Of a stretch of 64,000 bases of DNA, positions 1 through 10,286 are shown piece after piece. This DNA is from Alphaproteobacteria bacterium (GTDB taxonomy: Bacteria > Pseudomonadota > Alphaproteobacteria > SP197), in the NCBI GenBank assembly GCA_965228895.1, contig OZ245842.1:1600001-1664000 (forward strand). The letters are read 5' to 3'. The translations under genes and the position numbers were made by a program. Under the pieces are notes generated by a model. That model made no database searches and was not told the DNA's origin. It saw only the letters and a list, made by a program, of their open reading frames with translations. Position 1 is the first letter of the stretch; every line of letters starts with the position of its first letter.

Positions 1-1
1 G

Positions 2-2581
2 CTGACCGTGCCGGAAGTCATGCTGGCGTTGCAGAATGCCAATTCGTCGGCATCCGCCGGGTATGTCGACGAGGGTAAACGCCGCTACACCGTGCGTTCC
101 GAGGGCGACTTCGCCGCACTCGACGATATCCGCGGCGTCGTCGTCCGCAGTCTCCAGGACATCGTCTCCGACCGCCTGGCGCGGGTCACGGTCGACGACC
201 TGGCGGATGTCACGTTTGACTACAAGGAACCGGCGTCGCGCATTCGCTTCAACGGCCAGCCTGCGCTGGTGTTCAACGCGGTCCGCGAAGCCGGCGCCAA
301 TGTCATCGAGACCATGAAGGGCATCCGCGAGGCGGTCGACGAACTCAATGCCGGCGCCATGCCGGCCGCCGGTTTGGAGTTGATCCAGGTCTATGACGAG
401 ACGGTTTACATCAACTCGGCAATCGATCTGGTTCAGCAGAACATCTGGATCGGCGGTGTCCTTGCGGCGTTCGTGCTGTTGCTATTTTTGCGGTCCTGGC
501 GCGCCACACTGATCGTTTCGATTGCCATCCCTGTCTCCGTCATCGGCAGTTTTGTCGCGATGGCGGCGTTGGGACGCTCCATTAACGTCGTGTCGCTGGC
601 CGGCCTTGCCTTTGCCGTCGGCATGGTGGTCGACGCGGCAATTGTTGTGCTGGAGAACATCTACCGCCTGCGCCAGCAGGGCATGCCGACCGCGCGCGCA
701 GCCTACGAGGGCGCGCGCCAGGTGTGGGGTGCCATCCTGGTCTCCGCGCTGACGACCGTGATGGTGTTTATCCCGATCCTGGTCATGGAGTTGGAGGCGG
801 GTCAGGTCTTCCGTGATATCGCCGTCGCCATTTCGGTTTCGGTGCTGTTGTCTCTTGTCGTCGCGGTGACCCTGATACCGGCGCTTTCGGCTCGGCTCCT
901 GACACGCGCCGAAGGCACGGCCGGATTCAGTCTGCCGTTTATCGATGCGCCCGCCCGCGGTTTCAACAAGGGCATGGGATGGTTCGCACGTACGGTGGTG
1001 AAAAGCCGCCTTGTGGCCTTTTCCGTCGTTGGCGCGATCGTCGTCGTTGCGGTCGTCGTCGCGGACGTCTTGTTGCCGAAGCTCGAGTATCTGCCGGAGG
1101 GCAACCAGAACTTCGTCTTCGGTTCAATCCTGCCGCCGCCGGGCTACAACCTGGATACCATGGCGGAGATCGCCGAGCGGGTTGAAGCCGAGACAAGGCC
1201 TTACTGGGAAGTTGAAACCGGACCGGAGGAGGCCGAGGACGGCAATCCTAAGTTCCAGCGTTTCTATTTTGTCGCCAGCACCCGCTGGACCTTCGTCGGC
1301 GGTGCGGCCAGCGACCCGGACCGGGTCAAGGATCTGATTCCCCTGATGCGCGACCCGGTGTTCCAGGAGCCCGGAACCTTCGGCTTCTTCAGCCAGCCCT
1401 CCTTGTTTGGGCGTGGCGTTGGTGGTGGGCGCAACATCGACCTGAATATCTCCGGTCCCGAGTTGGAGCCGATCTATCAGACAGCGCTGCAGGCTTTCGG
1501 GCTGGTCTCGGCCGCTTTGCCGCAGGAAGCGGGCAACCAAATCCGGCCGCGACCGGGGCTGGAGAACGGCGCGCCTGAAGTGCGTGTGTTCCCGAACCGC
1601 ATCAAACTTGCGGACAACAACGTGACGGCGCGCGAACTCTCCATGGGCATCGACGCCTTCAACTCCGGTTTGCGTGTCGATGAGATCACCGTCGACGGCC
1701 GCGAGATCGATCTGATGTTGACCGGCCCCGATGACCATGTCGGCGAGACGCAGGGTATCGGCGAGTTGCCGATTGTGACGCGCAGCGGTGTTATTCTGCC
1801 GGTCAGCTCGCTCGCCGACATCGAGGTCACGAGCGGGCCGACGCAGATCCGCCGGCTTGAACGCGAGCGCACGGTCACCCTGCAGATCGGCTTGGCCGAT
1901 GACATCCCACTGGAAACCGGCATTCAGCTTGTCATGGACCAGGTGATCGCACCGCTCGAGGAGGCGGGATTGCCGCCTGGCGTGACACTGAGTTTCTCAG
2001 GCACCGCTGACAAGTTGTCGACGACGTGGGACGCCATGGTGATCAACCTGATGGTCGCGCTCATCATCGTCTACCTGGTGATGGCGGTTCTGTTCGAGAG
2101 TTTCATCTATCCGCTCATCGTCATGGTGTCGGTCCCGGTTGCCGCAGCGGGCGGCGTGTTGGGTCTCGCCATCGTCGGCCTGCCGCTCGACATGCTGACC
2201 ATGCTCGGGTTCGTTATCTTGATCGGCATTGTCGTCAACAACGCGATTCTGCTCGTCCACCAGACGCTGCATCACATCCGCGAAGACGCCATGGAACCGG
2301 GTGACGCGGTCGAGGAGGCCGTGCGCAACCGTGTGCGCCCGATCTTCATGTCGACGCTGACGAGTGTCTTCGGCATGCTGCCGCTGGTCGTGTTTCCTGG
2401 TGCCGGATCGGAACTCTACCGCGGCCTCGGCTCGGTTGTGGTCGGCGGCCTGTCACTTTCGGCGGTCCTTACCCTGGCGTTGGTGCCGCCGCTGCTCGGC
2501 CTCTTCCTCAGGGTCACCAAACCGAAAGCGCATGTGCAGGCCGTCCCTGCGGTAGAACCCACGCGGGAGCCGGCGGAGTAG
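2..2581 (+). CDS. RND efflux transporter permease subunit (AcrB/AcrD/AcrF family), 5'-truncated by window edge
   Basis: Open frame from base 2; RND motifs GMVVDAAIVVLENI, GIVVNNAILLV and RVRPIFMSTLT; many TM segments. Confidence 0.95.
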   Translation: MTVPEVMLALQNANSSASAGYVDEGKRRYTVRSEGDFAALDDIRGVVVRSLQDIVSDRLARVTVDDLADVTFDYKEPASRIRFNGQPALVFNAVREAGANVIETMKGIREAVDELNAGAMPAAGLELIQVYDETVYINSAIDLVQQNIWIGGVLAAFVLLLFLRSWRATLIVSIAIPVSVIGSFVAMAALGRSINVVSLAGLAFAVGMVVDAAIVVLENIYRLRQQGMPTARAAYEGARQVWGAILVSALTTVMVFIPILVMELEAGQVFRDIAVAISVSVLLSLVVAVTLIPALSARLLTRAEGTAGFSLPFIDAPARGFNKGMGWFARTVVKSRLVAFSVVGAIVVVAVVVADVLLPKLEYLPEGNQNFVFGSILPPPGYNLDTMAEIAERVEAETRPYWEVETGPEEAEDGNPKFQRFYFVASTRWTFVGGAASDPDRVKDLIPLMRDPVFQEPGTFGFFSQPSLFGRGVGGGRNIDLNISGPELEPIYQTALQAFGLVSAALPQEAGNQIRPRPGLENGAPEVRVFPNRIKLADNNVTARELSMGIDAFNSGLRVDEITVDGREIDLMLTGPDDHVGETQGIGELPIVTRSGVILPVSSLADIEVTSGPTQIRRLERERTVTLQIGLADDIPLETGIQLVMDQVIAPLEEAGLPPGVTLSFSGTADKLSTTWDAMVINLMVALIIVYLVMAVLFESFIYPLIVMVSVPVAAAGGVLGLAIVGLPLDMLTMLGFVILIGIVVNNAILLVHQTLHHIREDAMEPGDAVEEAVRNRVRPIFMSTLTSVFGMLPLVVFPGAGSELYRGLGSVVVGGLSLSAVLTLALVPPLLGLFLRVTKPKAHVQAVPAVEPTREPAE

Positions 2582-2585
2582 GCCC

Positions 2586-3728
2586 TTGAACGAGACCGAC
2601 GTTATCATCATCGGTGCAGGCGCGGTCGGTGCGGCGCTCGCCCATCGGTTGGCGCCGCAACGTCGCGTGATCATGTTGGAGCGCGAAGACCAGCCGGGCT
2701 ATCACAGCACTGGCCGCTCGGCAGCGCATTACACGGACGTAATTGGCGGGACCGTCGTGCAGGCGCTGTCGGAGGAGACGCGCCGGTTCATCGATGCGCC
2801 GCCGGAAAGGTTCACCGAATATCCATTGCTACGCGAGCGACCGGTCTTGTTGCTGGTCGGACATGACACCGACGACGCCCATTTCAGCGAGGAGTCGCTG
2901 TCCAACCTCATGGGTTCGATTCTGTTTCGTTTGGATCTCGATGGTTGTCTGGAAAAGTGCCCGGTCTTGAAGCCTGAGAAGGTGGCCTACGGCCTCTATG
3001 AGCCGACCGCCGGCGACATCGACGTCGGCGCAATCCATGGCGGTTACCTGAAGGCCGCGCGTCAGGCCGGCGCCGAGCTGGTTTGCGATGCCGATGTCAC
3101 GGCGCTCGACCGTCGCGATGGCGTCTGGCATGTGGAGACCAGAGCGGGCACGTTCACCGCGCCGGTTGTCGCCAACTGCACGGGCGCATGGGGGGATGCC
3201 CTAGCGCAGATCGCCGGTGTTCATCCTGTCGGCCTTGTGCCATGCCGCCGCACGGCGTTCACATTCAAAGGCCCGGATGGTGTCGACTGCACCGAATGGC
3301 CCCTGGTCGCCGACGATGGCGAGTCCTTCTATTTCAAACCGGAAGCCGGGCTGATGATGGGGTCGCTGGCCGACGAGACGCCAAGCGATCCTTGTGACGC
3401 CCAACCGGAGGAACTCGATCTCGCCCAAGCCGCGGAAAACATCATGGCATGGACGACGCTGGAGATCCGCCGTTTCGAGAAACGCTGGGCGGGCCTCAGA
3501 AGCTTTGTCGACGATCGCCTACCCGTGACCGGGTGGGACACCAAGGCGGAAGGCTTCTTCTGGAACGTCGGCCAGGGTGGCGCGGGTATTCAGACGTCGG
3601 CGGCGCTGTCGGCTTACGCCGCAGCAATCCTGCTCGATCAGGACGTACCGGACGCGCTGGCGGCGGCGGGATTGACGCGTGAGACCCTGTCGCCGGCGCG
3701 TTGCCAACATCTGACCAAGGTGTCCTGA
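2586..3728 (+). CDS. FAD-dependent oxidoreductase, DAO family (D-arginine dehydrogenase DauA-like)
   Basis: GAGAVG Rossmann motif, EREDQPGYHSTGRSAA, WAGLRSF, GQGGAGIQTS; TTG start 4 bp after the RND stop. Confidence 0.85.
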   Translation: MNETDVIIIGAGAVGAALAHRLAPQRRVIMLEREDQPGYHSTGRSAAHYTDVIGGTVVQALSEETRRFIDAPPERFTEYPLLRERPVLLLVGHDTDDAHFSEESLSNLMGSILFRLDLDGCLEKCPVLKPEKVAYGLYEPTAGDIDVGAIHGGYLKAARQAGAELVCDADVTALDRRDGVWHVETRAGTFTAPVVANCTGAWGDALAQIAGVHPVGLVPCRRTAFTFKGPDGVDCTEWPLVADDGESFYFKPEAGLMMGSLADETPSDPCDAQPEELDLAQAAENIMAWTTLEIRRFEKRWAGLRSFVDDRLPVTGWDTKAEGFFWNVGQGGAGIQTSAALSAYAAAILLDQDVPDALAAAGLTRETLSPARCQHLTKVS

Positions 3729-3759
3729 CGTATAGGGACAAAAGTTAGACCACGCGAGT

Positions 3760-6048
3760 TTGCAGTTGAGGCATTGGAAAAAGATGGTGCGGGCGGTTGC
3801 CGGAGGTCTATCTGCGGTTCTTCTTGCCGGATGCTCCGTGTTCACGCCTCTCCCCGAGGAGTCGTCGTTGGAAACGCGGCTTGCCGCGATCCCGACTGAT
3901 GGTGCGCCGGTCTCCGGACCGGTTCGTATCTATTGGGACAGCCATCAGGTTCCGTTCATCGAGGCGGCCCATGACCGCGACGCGGCCTTTGCGATGGGTC
4001 TGGTCCACGCCCATTTGAGACTCGGTCAGATGGAGCTGTTTCGCAGGGTGTCCCAGGGCCGGGTGTCGGAGATGGGCGGTCCGCTTGCCACCGAGATCGA
4101 CCATGGCCTGCGCATCCTCAACTTCGAACGGACGGCCGAGGCGATTGAGGCCGACTTGCCGCCGGCGACCCGCGAATGGCTCGAGGGGTTTGTCGCCGGC
4201 ATCAATTTCTATGTCGACAACACAGAAGAACTGCCGGTCGAGTTCAAAGTGCTCAACCTGCAACGCGAACCCTGGACGGTGAAGGACATCCTGACCATGG
4301 GCCGCCTGGCGGCGACGGACATCACGTGGCTCGTCTGGTTCAGCCTGCTACCGCTGCGCGATCGCGATGATTGGCCCGTGTTGTGGGCTCGTCTGGTCGG
4401 TAACGGCTCCGTGCCGATCCTGGAGGCTGGAGAAGGTCCCGACATGGTCAGCTTCAACGACCTCTTCGGCTACACCTCACGATCCGGCAGCAACAGCGTC
4501 GCGGTCGCACCATCGCTGACGACGAACGGCAGCGCCATCATGGCGAACGATCCGCACCTCGGGATCTTCGTGCCCAACATCTGGCTGGTCGCCGGTCTTA
4601 AGTCGCCGTCTTATCACGTCGTCGGCTTGATGGGCGCCGGCCTGCCGGTCTTTGCGATCGGCCGCAATCCGGACATCTCTTGGGGCGGCACCAATTTGCG
4701 GGCCGCATCCAGCGATCTCGTCGACATCTCGATGTTGCCGGCCGATCAGATATCGACCCGGCAGGAAGACGTCGGCGTTCGGTGGTGGTTCGATGCCACG
4801 TTGACGATCCGGGAAGCCCCGTCTGGGCCGATCGTCTCCGACGCACCACAGTTTGATGGTCTGGCCGATGGCCCGCTTGCGCTCAGCTGGGTCGGCCACC
4901 AGCCCAGCGACGAAGTCACGACGTTCTTGAAGGTCAGTCAGGCCACTGACTTCGAGCAGTTTGTCGATGCCTTCGAGACCTTTGCCGTGCCCGCCCAGAA
5001 CATGCTCTATGCCGACGTCAACGGCAACATCGGCAAGATCATGGCCGCGCGCCTGCCCCAGCGCGGTGCGCAAGCGCCGGAAGACGTCATCATTGCCATC
5101 GAAGAACATGCGGGGACATGGGACCAGTCGGTCGCGACGGCCGATCTGCCGGCATCCTTTAATCCTGCGGCCGGTTATCTGACATCGGCCAACAACAGGC
5201 CGGCGGCAAGTCCGGTTCCCGTTGGCTACTTCTTTTCGCCCGATGACCGCGTCGATCGCATGGCCGAGCTTATTGAGTCGTCGCAAGGCGTCGATGTCGA
5301 TCTGCTCGCCGCCCTGCAACAGGATGTCTACATGGCGTCGGCTGTCGATCTGCGGGATGCCATCGAACGCCAGGCAGAACGGCTGGATGCGGCGTCACAG
5401 TTGGCGCCGGATGAAGCCGAGGCCTGGCAGGCGATCACGGCATGGGATGGTCACTACAGGTTGGAGTCTCGCGGCGCCGTTGCTTTCGAGGCCTATCGCG
5501 CCGCGTTCCTCGCCAAGTTCTATCAAGAGATTGTGGGCGGTGAAGATTGGGAAGCCTTCGCCGGAATCGACCGGACTCAAGAGATCACCCTGAAAGATAT
5601 CGACGGCGCTGATCCCGATATCGTGCGCGCCGCGCTCGGCGAGGGATTCGAAGCAGCGGCAGGCGCCTATGTCAGCGGCGATACGTGGGGCGACCGCCAC
5701 CGGCTGATTATCCAGCATCCGCTTGCCAACATCCCGATCGTTGGCAGCCGCTACAGGTTTCTCGATCTGCCGTCCGGCGGCAGTTCGGAATCCCTCATGA
5801 AGACGGCTCACGGCCCGGCCGGTGAACGCCACACCGTACGCTATGGTTCGCAGGCACGGCACATCTCCGACATGGCCGATCCCGATGCCAACTACTTCGT
5901 CCTGCTCGGCGGCCAGGACGGCTGGTTCAACAGCTCGACGTTCCTCGACCAGGTCGATTTGTGGCAGAGCGGCGACTACGTTCAGGTGCCGCTGACCGTT
6001 GCAACCGTCCGTGAGCGGGCCGTTCAAACGACCGTCCTGTCACCTTAG
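3760..6048 (+). CDS. Penicillin acylase family Ntn-hydrolase (peptidase S45), probable lipoprotein
   Basis: Lipobox LLAGC; GSNSVAV with the beta-chain N-terminal Ser; ANDPHL; QNMLYAD; SANN; alternative ATG at 3784. Confidence 0.9.
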   Translation: MQLRHWKKMVRAVAGGLSAVLLAGCSVFTPLPEESSLETRLAAIPTDGAPVSGPVRIYWDSHQVPFIEAAHDRDAAFAMGLVHAHLRLGQMELFRRVSQGRVSEMGGPLATEIDHGLRILNFERTAEAIEADLPPATREWLEGFVAGINFYVDNTEELPVEFKVLNLQREPWTVKDILTMGRLAATDITWLVWFSLLPLRDRDDWPVLWARLVGNGSVPILEAGEGPDMVSFNDLFGYTSRSGSNSVAVAPSLTTNGSAIMANDPHLGIFVPNIWLVAGLKSPSYHVVGLMGAGLPVFAIGRNPDISWGGTNLRAASSDLVDISMLPADQISTRQEDVGVRWWFDATLTIREAPSGPIVSDAPQFDGLADGPLALSWVGHQPSDEVTTFLKVSQATDFEQFVDAFETFAVPAQNMLYADVNGNIGKIMAARLPQRGAQAPEDVIIAIEEHAGTWDQSVATADLPASFNPAAGYLTSANNRPAASPVPVGYFFSPDDRVDRMAELIESSQGVDVDLLAALQQDVYMASAVDLRDAIERQAERLDAASQLAPDEAEAWQAITAWDGHYRLESRGAVAFEAYRAAFLAKFYQEIVGGEDWEAFAGIDRTQEITLKDIDGADPDIVRAALGEGFEAAAGAYVSGDTWGDRHRLIIQHPLANIPIVGSRYRFLDLPSGGSSESLMKTAHGPAGERHTVRYGSQARHISDMADPDANYFVLLGGQDGWFNSSTFLDQVDLWQSGDYVQVPLTVATVRERAVQTTVLSP

Positions 6049-6065
6049 GCGCCGCCATCAGCACC

Positions 6066-7601
6066 ATGTTTGATGCAACGCCGCCTCTCAGACTCTATGC
6101 CGGCTGGCGTTCACGGCAGCTCGACCGCGAAGATCCGATCAAGGCTCAGGTTCGCGAGCTCCTGAAGCTCGTAACCAAGGCGCGCGATACGCGCTTTGGC
6201 CGGGACCACGGCTTCGATGGCATCGGCGATGTCGGGACCTATCAAGAACGTGTGCCCCTGCGACGCTTCGAAGACTTTTGGGAGGACTACTGGTCGTCGG
6301 ACTTTCCGGTTCTGACCGACTGTACCTGGCCCGGCACCGTGCCGTTCTTTGCCGAGACCTCAGGCACGACAACCGGCAAAACGAAGTACATCCCCTGTAC
6401 ACACGAAATGAACCGGTCGAACACCTTCGCCGGCGCTGACATCCTGGTTCACCATCTGCGCAACACGCCCGGCAGCAGACTGCTGGCCGGCTTGAACTTC
6501 GTGCTAGGCGGCAGCACGGGGCTGCGGGAACTGGCGCCCGGCGTTCGCTCCGGCGATCTCAGCGGCATTGCCGCATCGGTCATGCCGCGCTGGGCGCGCT
6601 GGCGCTACTTTCCGCCACGCGACCTCGAAGCGATAACCGACTGGGAAGAGCGGCTTGATGCCTTGGCGCATGCCGCCATCGGCCAGGACATCCGTTCGAT
6701 CAGCGGCACGCCGAGCTGGCTTTTGATCTTCTTTGACAGGCTGGCGGCCTTGCAACCCAACGCCGATGCGCGGCTCTCATCGTTCTTTCCCAACCTCGAG
6801 ATGATCGTGCACGGCGCCGTTCATTTCGCGCCCTACCGCGCGTCGTTTGATGAATGGCTGGCGGGAAGCCAGGCGCAGACCCGCGAGGTCTATGCCGCCA
6901 GCGAAGGTTTCATCGGCATTGCCGATCGCGGCGACGGGGAGGGCATGCGCCTGATCGCCGACGGCGGCCTGTTCTACGAGTTCGTTCCCGTCGACGAACT
7001 GGGCGCGGCCAACCCAACGCGTCACTGGCTGGCGACGATCGAAACCGGCGTCGACTATGCCATTATCCTGACGACGTGCGCTGGAGCCTGGAGTTACGTG
7101 CTCGGCGACACCGTCGCCTTCGTCGATCGCACACCGCCCCGCCTTGTCGTGACCGGTCGGACGTCCTTTACGCTCTCGGCCTTCGGCGAACACCTGATAG
7201 CCTCCGAAATTGACGACGTCGTCACGCATGCGGCGGACACGATAGACGCACGGGTGGTCGAGTTTGCCGTCGGCCCGGTCTATCCGACCGCCGCTGAAGC
7301 CAGAGGTGGCCATGTCTATATCGTTGAGTTCGACCACCCGGAACCTGAACCCAATGAGCGCGCGCGCTTCATGCAGCTCGTCGATGATAACCTGGCGGCG
7401 CGCAACGACGACTATCGGTCTCACCGCGCCGGCATGCTGCCGATGGAACTGCATACGGTCGAGCCCGGGACGTTCTATGCCTGGATGAAAAAGCGTGGCC
7501 AACTGGGCGGCCAGCATAAGGTACCGCGCGTGATCAACGACAGCGATCTGCTACGTGATCTGCTTGACTTCGCGGACAAAAAAGAGCCGCCGGAACCCTG
7601 A
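6066..7601 (+). CDS. GH3 family (acyl-adenylate amide ligase-like) protein
   Basis: ETSGTTTGKTKYIP, YAASEGF, YVLGD and GGQHKVPRV motifs. Confidence 0.9.
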   Translation: MFDATPPLRLYAGWRSRQLDREDPIKAQVRELLKLVTKARDTRFGRDHGFDGIGDVGTYQERVPLRRFEDFWEDYWSSDFPVLTDCTWPGTVPFFAETSGTTTGKTKYIPCTHEMNRSNTFAGADILVHHLRNTPGSRLLAGLNFVLGGSTGLRELAPGVRSGDLSGIAASVMPRWARWRYFPPRDLEAITDWEERLDALAHAAIGQDIRSISGTPSWLLIFFDRLAALQPNADARLSSFFPNLEMIVHGAVHFAPYRASFDEWLAGSQAQTREVYAASEGFIGIADRGDGEGMRLIADGGLFYEFVPVDELGAANPTRHWLATIETGVDYAIILTTCAGAWSYVLGDTVAFVDRTPPRLVVTGRTSFTLSAFGEHLIASEIDDVVTHAADTIDARVVEFAVGPVYPTAAEARGGHVYIVEFDHPEPEPNERARFMQLVDDNLAARNDDYRSHRAGMLPMELHTVEPGTFYAWMKKRGQLGGQHKVPRVINDSDLLRDLLDFADKKEPPEP

Positions 7602-7616
7602 GGTTCCGACGGCTCT
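7578..7616 (-). terminator. Rho-independent terminator between convergent genes
   Basis: Stem GAGCCG-CGGAACC/GGTTCCG-CGGCTC with an A-run on the + strand (U-tract on the - strand) downstream of the aminotransferase. Confidence 0.7.
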
Positions 7617-7637
7617 CGCTAGTCGCGTGACGGCTGC

Positions 7638-9026
7638 CTATTCGGCCGCCATCAGATTTTCCGACTGAACGTAAGCAAGCGTGTCGTCGAGCGCCTTTTC
7701 CCAGCGATCGAAGAGCTGGTTTATCTCGTCTTCGGTGATGATCAACGGCGGGCAGAAGGCGACCGAGTTGCCGGCGGCCGCGCGCAGGATCAGACCGTGC
7801 TCAAGGCAGGCCTCGCCGCAGTAAGCGGCGACTTCGGGGCCAAAGTTCTCCTTGGTCTCCTTGTCCTTGACCAGCTCAACGGCGCCGATCAGGCCGGTGC
7901 CTCGTGCTTCGCCGACGATCGGGTGGTCGCCGAGCTTGGCGAGCCGTTCCATCGCGACGGGCGACACCTTCTTCACGTGGCTGGCGATATCCATCTCTTC
8001 GTAGATCTTGAGCGTCTCGACCGCGACCGCCGCCGGCACCGGATGGCCGGAATAGGTGAAGCCGGTTGCCAGCACGCCGTTCTCGCCCGAGAAATCGCGG
8101 ATGGGCTTATAGACCTTTTCGTTGATGATGGTGGCCGAGATCGGCAGGTAGGCCGAGCTCAACTGCTTGGCGACAACCATGATGTCCGGTTGGATGTCAT
8201 AGGTGTTGCAACCGAACAGATTGCCCGTGCGGTGGAAACCGCAGATGACCTCGTCGGCGACCATCAGCACGTCATGCTTCTTCAAGACCGCCTGGATCTT
8301 CTCAAAATAGGTCTTGGGCGGCAGGATGACGCCGCCGGCGCCCATGATCGGCTCGGCCACAAAGGCCGCGACCGTCTCCGGCCCTTCGTCCTGGATCATC
8401 TGATCCAGTTCGTTGGCGCGACGGGTGGCGAAATCCTCTTCGGACTCACCGTCTTCGCCAAAGCGATAATAGTGCGGCGAACCCGTGTGCATGATGTTGT
8501 GGATCGGCAGATCAAAGCCCGCATGCATCAGCGGCATGCCGGTCAGCGAGCCCGACGACACGGCGATGCCGTGGTAACCGCCGATGCGCGCGATGATCTT
8601 CTTCTTTTCCGGCCGGCCCAGCGCGTTGTTGTAGTACCAGACGAACTTGACCATGTGGTCGTTGGCTTCGGAGCCGGAATTGGCGAACCACACCTTCGAC
8701 ATTGGCGCCGGCGCCATATCGATGAGCATTTCGGCCAGATCGATCGCCGGCATGCTCGAGCGATGGAAGAACGCGTGGTAGTAGGGCAGCTTGCGCATCT
8801 GGTTGGCGGCCGCCTCAACCAGACGCTCGTTGTTGAAGCCGAGCGACGTGCACCACAGGCCGGCCAGACCCTCGATATAGCTCTTGCCCTCGGTGTCCTT
8901 GACGTAGATGCCGTCGCCTTCATCCAGGATCAGCGGACCCTTTTCCTCGTGCTTCACGAGGTTGGAATAGGGATGCAGCACGTTCTTGATGTCGCGAGCA
9001 TGGGGGGAATTGGGCAGTACGGTCAT
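7638..9026 (-). CDS. Class III (omega) aminotransferase, PLP-dependent
   Basis: AGLWC, NSGSEAND, EPIMGAGG, DEVICGF, PLP lysine in VAKQLSS, GFTYSGHP. Confidence 0.95.
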   Translation of the reverse strand: MTVLPNSPHARDIKNVLHPYSNLVKHEEKGPLILDEGDGIYVKDTEGKSYIEGLAGLWCTSLGFNNERLVEAAANQMRKLPYYHAFFHRSSMPAIDLAEMLIDMAPAPMSKVWFANSGSEANDHMVKFVWYYNNALGRPEKKKIIARIGGYHGIAVSSGSLTGMPLMHAGFDLPIHNIMHTGSPHYYRFGEDGESEEDFATRRANELDQMIQDEGPETVAAFVAEPIMGAGGVILPPKTYFEKIQAVLKKHDVLMVADEVICGFHRTGNLFGCNTYDIQPDIMVVAKQLSSAYLPISATIINEKVYKPIRDFSGENGVLATGFTYSGHPVPAAVAVETLKIYEEMDIASHVKKVSPVAMERLAKLGDHPIVGEARGTGLIGAVELVKDKETKENFGPEVAAYCGEACLEHGLILRAAAGNSVAFCPPLIITEDEINQLFDRWEKALDDTLAYVQSENLMAAE

Positions 9027-9149
9027 GGCTTGGCACCTCGTCGTCCGGCCTGAGATTGAGAATCGATGTCATGCGGCGGCGTCGCGCCCACACCTTGGGG
9101 ACGCCGAATCGCTGCATTTAAGGGGGGAAACCGGGGAAATGCAACCAGC

Positions 9150-9806
9150 TTAAGCGCGCCGGCCAATCCAGATCACACGGCCCAAAAGATCGATTTCCGC
9201 GGGCGCCAGGGGCGCAAGAGAGGCATAGGCGGGATTGTCGCTGCTCATAACCACCTGCTGGCGCACGGGATCGGCGGTCAGCCGCTTAACCAAAAGGTTG
9301 TCGCCCTGGCGTACCACGTAGATGCCGTCGTTGCCGGGCGACCACTGGGTCAAATCGACCAGAAGTTGATCGCCGTCACCGACGGTCGGCGCCATGCTGT
9401 CGCCGGCCATGGTCACCATGGCGAGTTGGTTGGCCGGGGTTCGCGTCAGTTCGGCCAGCCATTCGGCCCGGAAGGCGGCATCGGCGAAGTTTCTGTCGTG
9501 ACCGGTCAGCGTTTCGCGCCCGGCATCCTTGCGTGGGTCGTAGCGCGCGATCAGGACGTAACCCTCGCCGTCGCTGTTGGCCTTGACCACCGGGCCTGCC
9601 TTGTCGTCCAGCAGTTCGGCGGCGCTGCAGCCCAGCGCCTCGGCGAGTTTCTCGATGGTGTCGTGGCGCGGATGGCGCGAACGCCCGGAGACGATGTCGC
9701 GCACCGCCGTGTCGTTGAGCCCGGCCAGCTGGGCAAGCCCCTTTTGCGACAAGGAGAGCGCCGCCATACGGCGTTTCAGTTCCTTCGCAAGGTGTCGTTC
9801 GGCCAT
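9150..9806 (-). CDS. XRE-family HTH plus S24 peptidase (CI/LexA-like regulator)
   Basis: N-terminal HTH (SQKGLAQLAGLNDTAVRDI); S24 Ser in GDSMAPT and Lys in LVKRL. Confidence 0.88.
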   Translation of the reverse strand: MAERHLAKELKRRMAALSLSQKGLAQLAGLNDTAVRDIVSGRSRHPRHDTIEKLAEALGCSAAELLDDKAGPVVKANSDGEGYVLIARYDPRKDAGRETLTGHDRNFADAAFRAEWLAELTRTPANQLAMVTMAGDSMAPTVGDGDQLLVDLTQWSPGNDGIYVVRQGDNLLVKRLTADPVRQQVVMSSDNPAYASLAPLAPAEIDLLGRVIWIGRRA

Positions 9807-9826
9807 AGTCTATGGTGCGATGGCGT

Positions 9827-10072
9827 TCAGCCCATGCCAATAGCCATCTTGTAGGATTCGATCAGCGCTTCCTGCTCCTGGCGGTCGTCCGGCTCCATCT
9901 TTCTGAGCTTGATCAACTGGCGCACGATCTTGGTATCGAACCCCATGCCCTTGGCCTCGCGATAGACGTCGGTGATGTCCGACGCCAAGTTGGCCTTTTC
10001 CTCCTCCAGCCGCTCGATGCGTTGGATATAGTTCAGGAGCTGTTCGCCGGCGATGCCGTCCACGTTGGCCAT
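9827..10072 (-). CDS. gapR: DUF2312 / GapR nucleoid-associated DNA-binding protein
   Basis: QLLNYIQRIERLEEEKANLASDITDVYREAKGMGFDTKIVRQLIKLRK matches the GapR family pattern. Confidence 0.9.
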   Translation of the reverse strand: MANVDGIAGEQLLNYIQRIERLEEEKANLASDITDVYREAKGMGFDTKIVRQLIKLRKMEPDDRQEQEALIESYKMAIGMG

Positions 10073-10286
10073 CCGTCCTCTCTCGCTAGAGCCACTCGGG
10101 AAGCCGGGCTTCTAGCACAGGCCACGACGATTGCCACCGATCGCCGGCCGATCTGTACACAGCGTGCTCGGGATAAGATGTGGAGCGGCGAAAAAGGCGC
10201 AACATCGGCGGAAACACGCGCGATTTGACTTGGCTGGGCGGACCATGCGGTCGAGGTTACAAACGAAAGCGAGGAGGACGGGCATC

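Noticed and set aside
2481-2493. 13-nt match (TGGTGCCGCCGCT) to the tRNA-Thr 3' end as a possible att site
   Set aside because: Lies inside intact RND coding sequence (LVPPL), is short and GC-rich, and there is no integrase
7797-9053. Long antisense ORFs (also 12108-13514, 19203-20267, 29088-30257, 41611-42639, 51786-53207)
   Set aside because: Shadow frames of well-supported genes, expected from high-GC codon bias; no recognisable motifs
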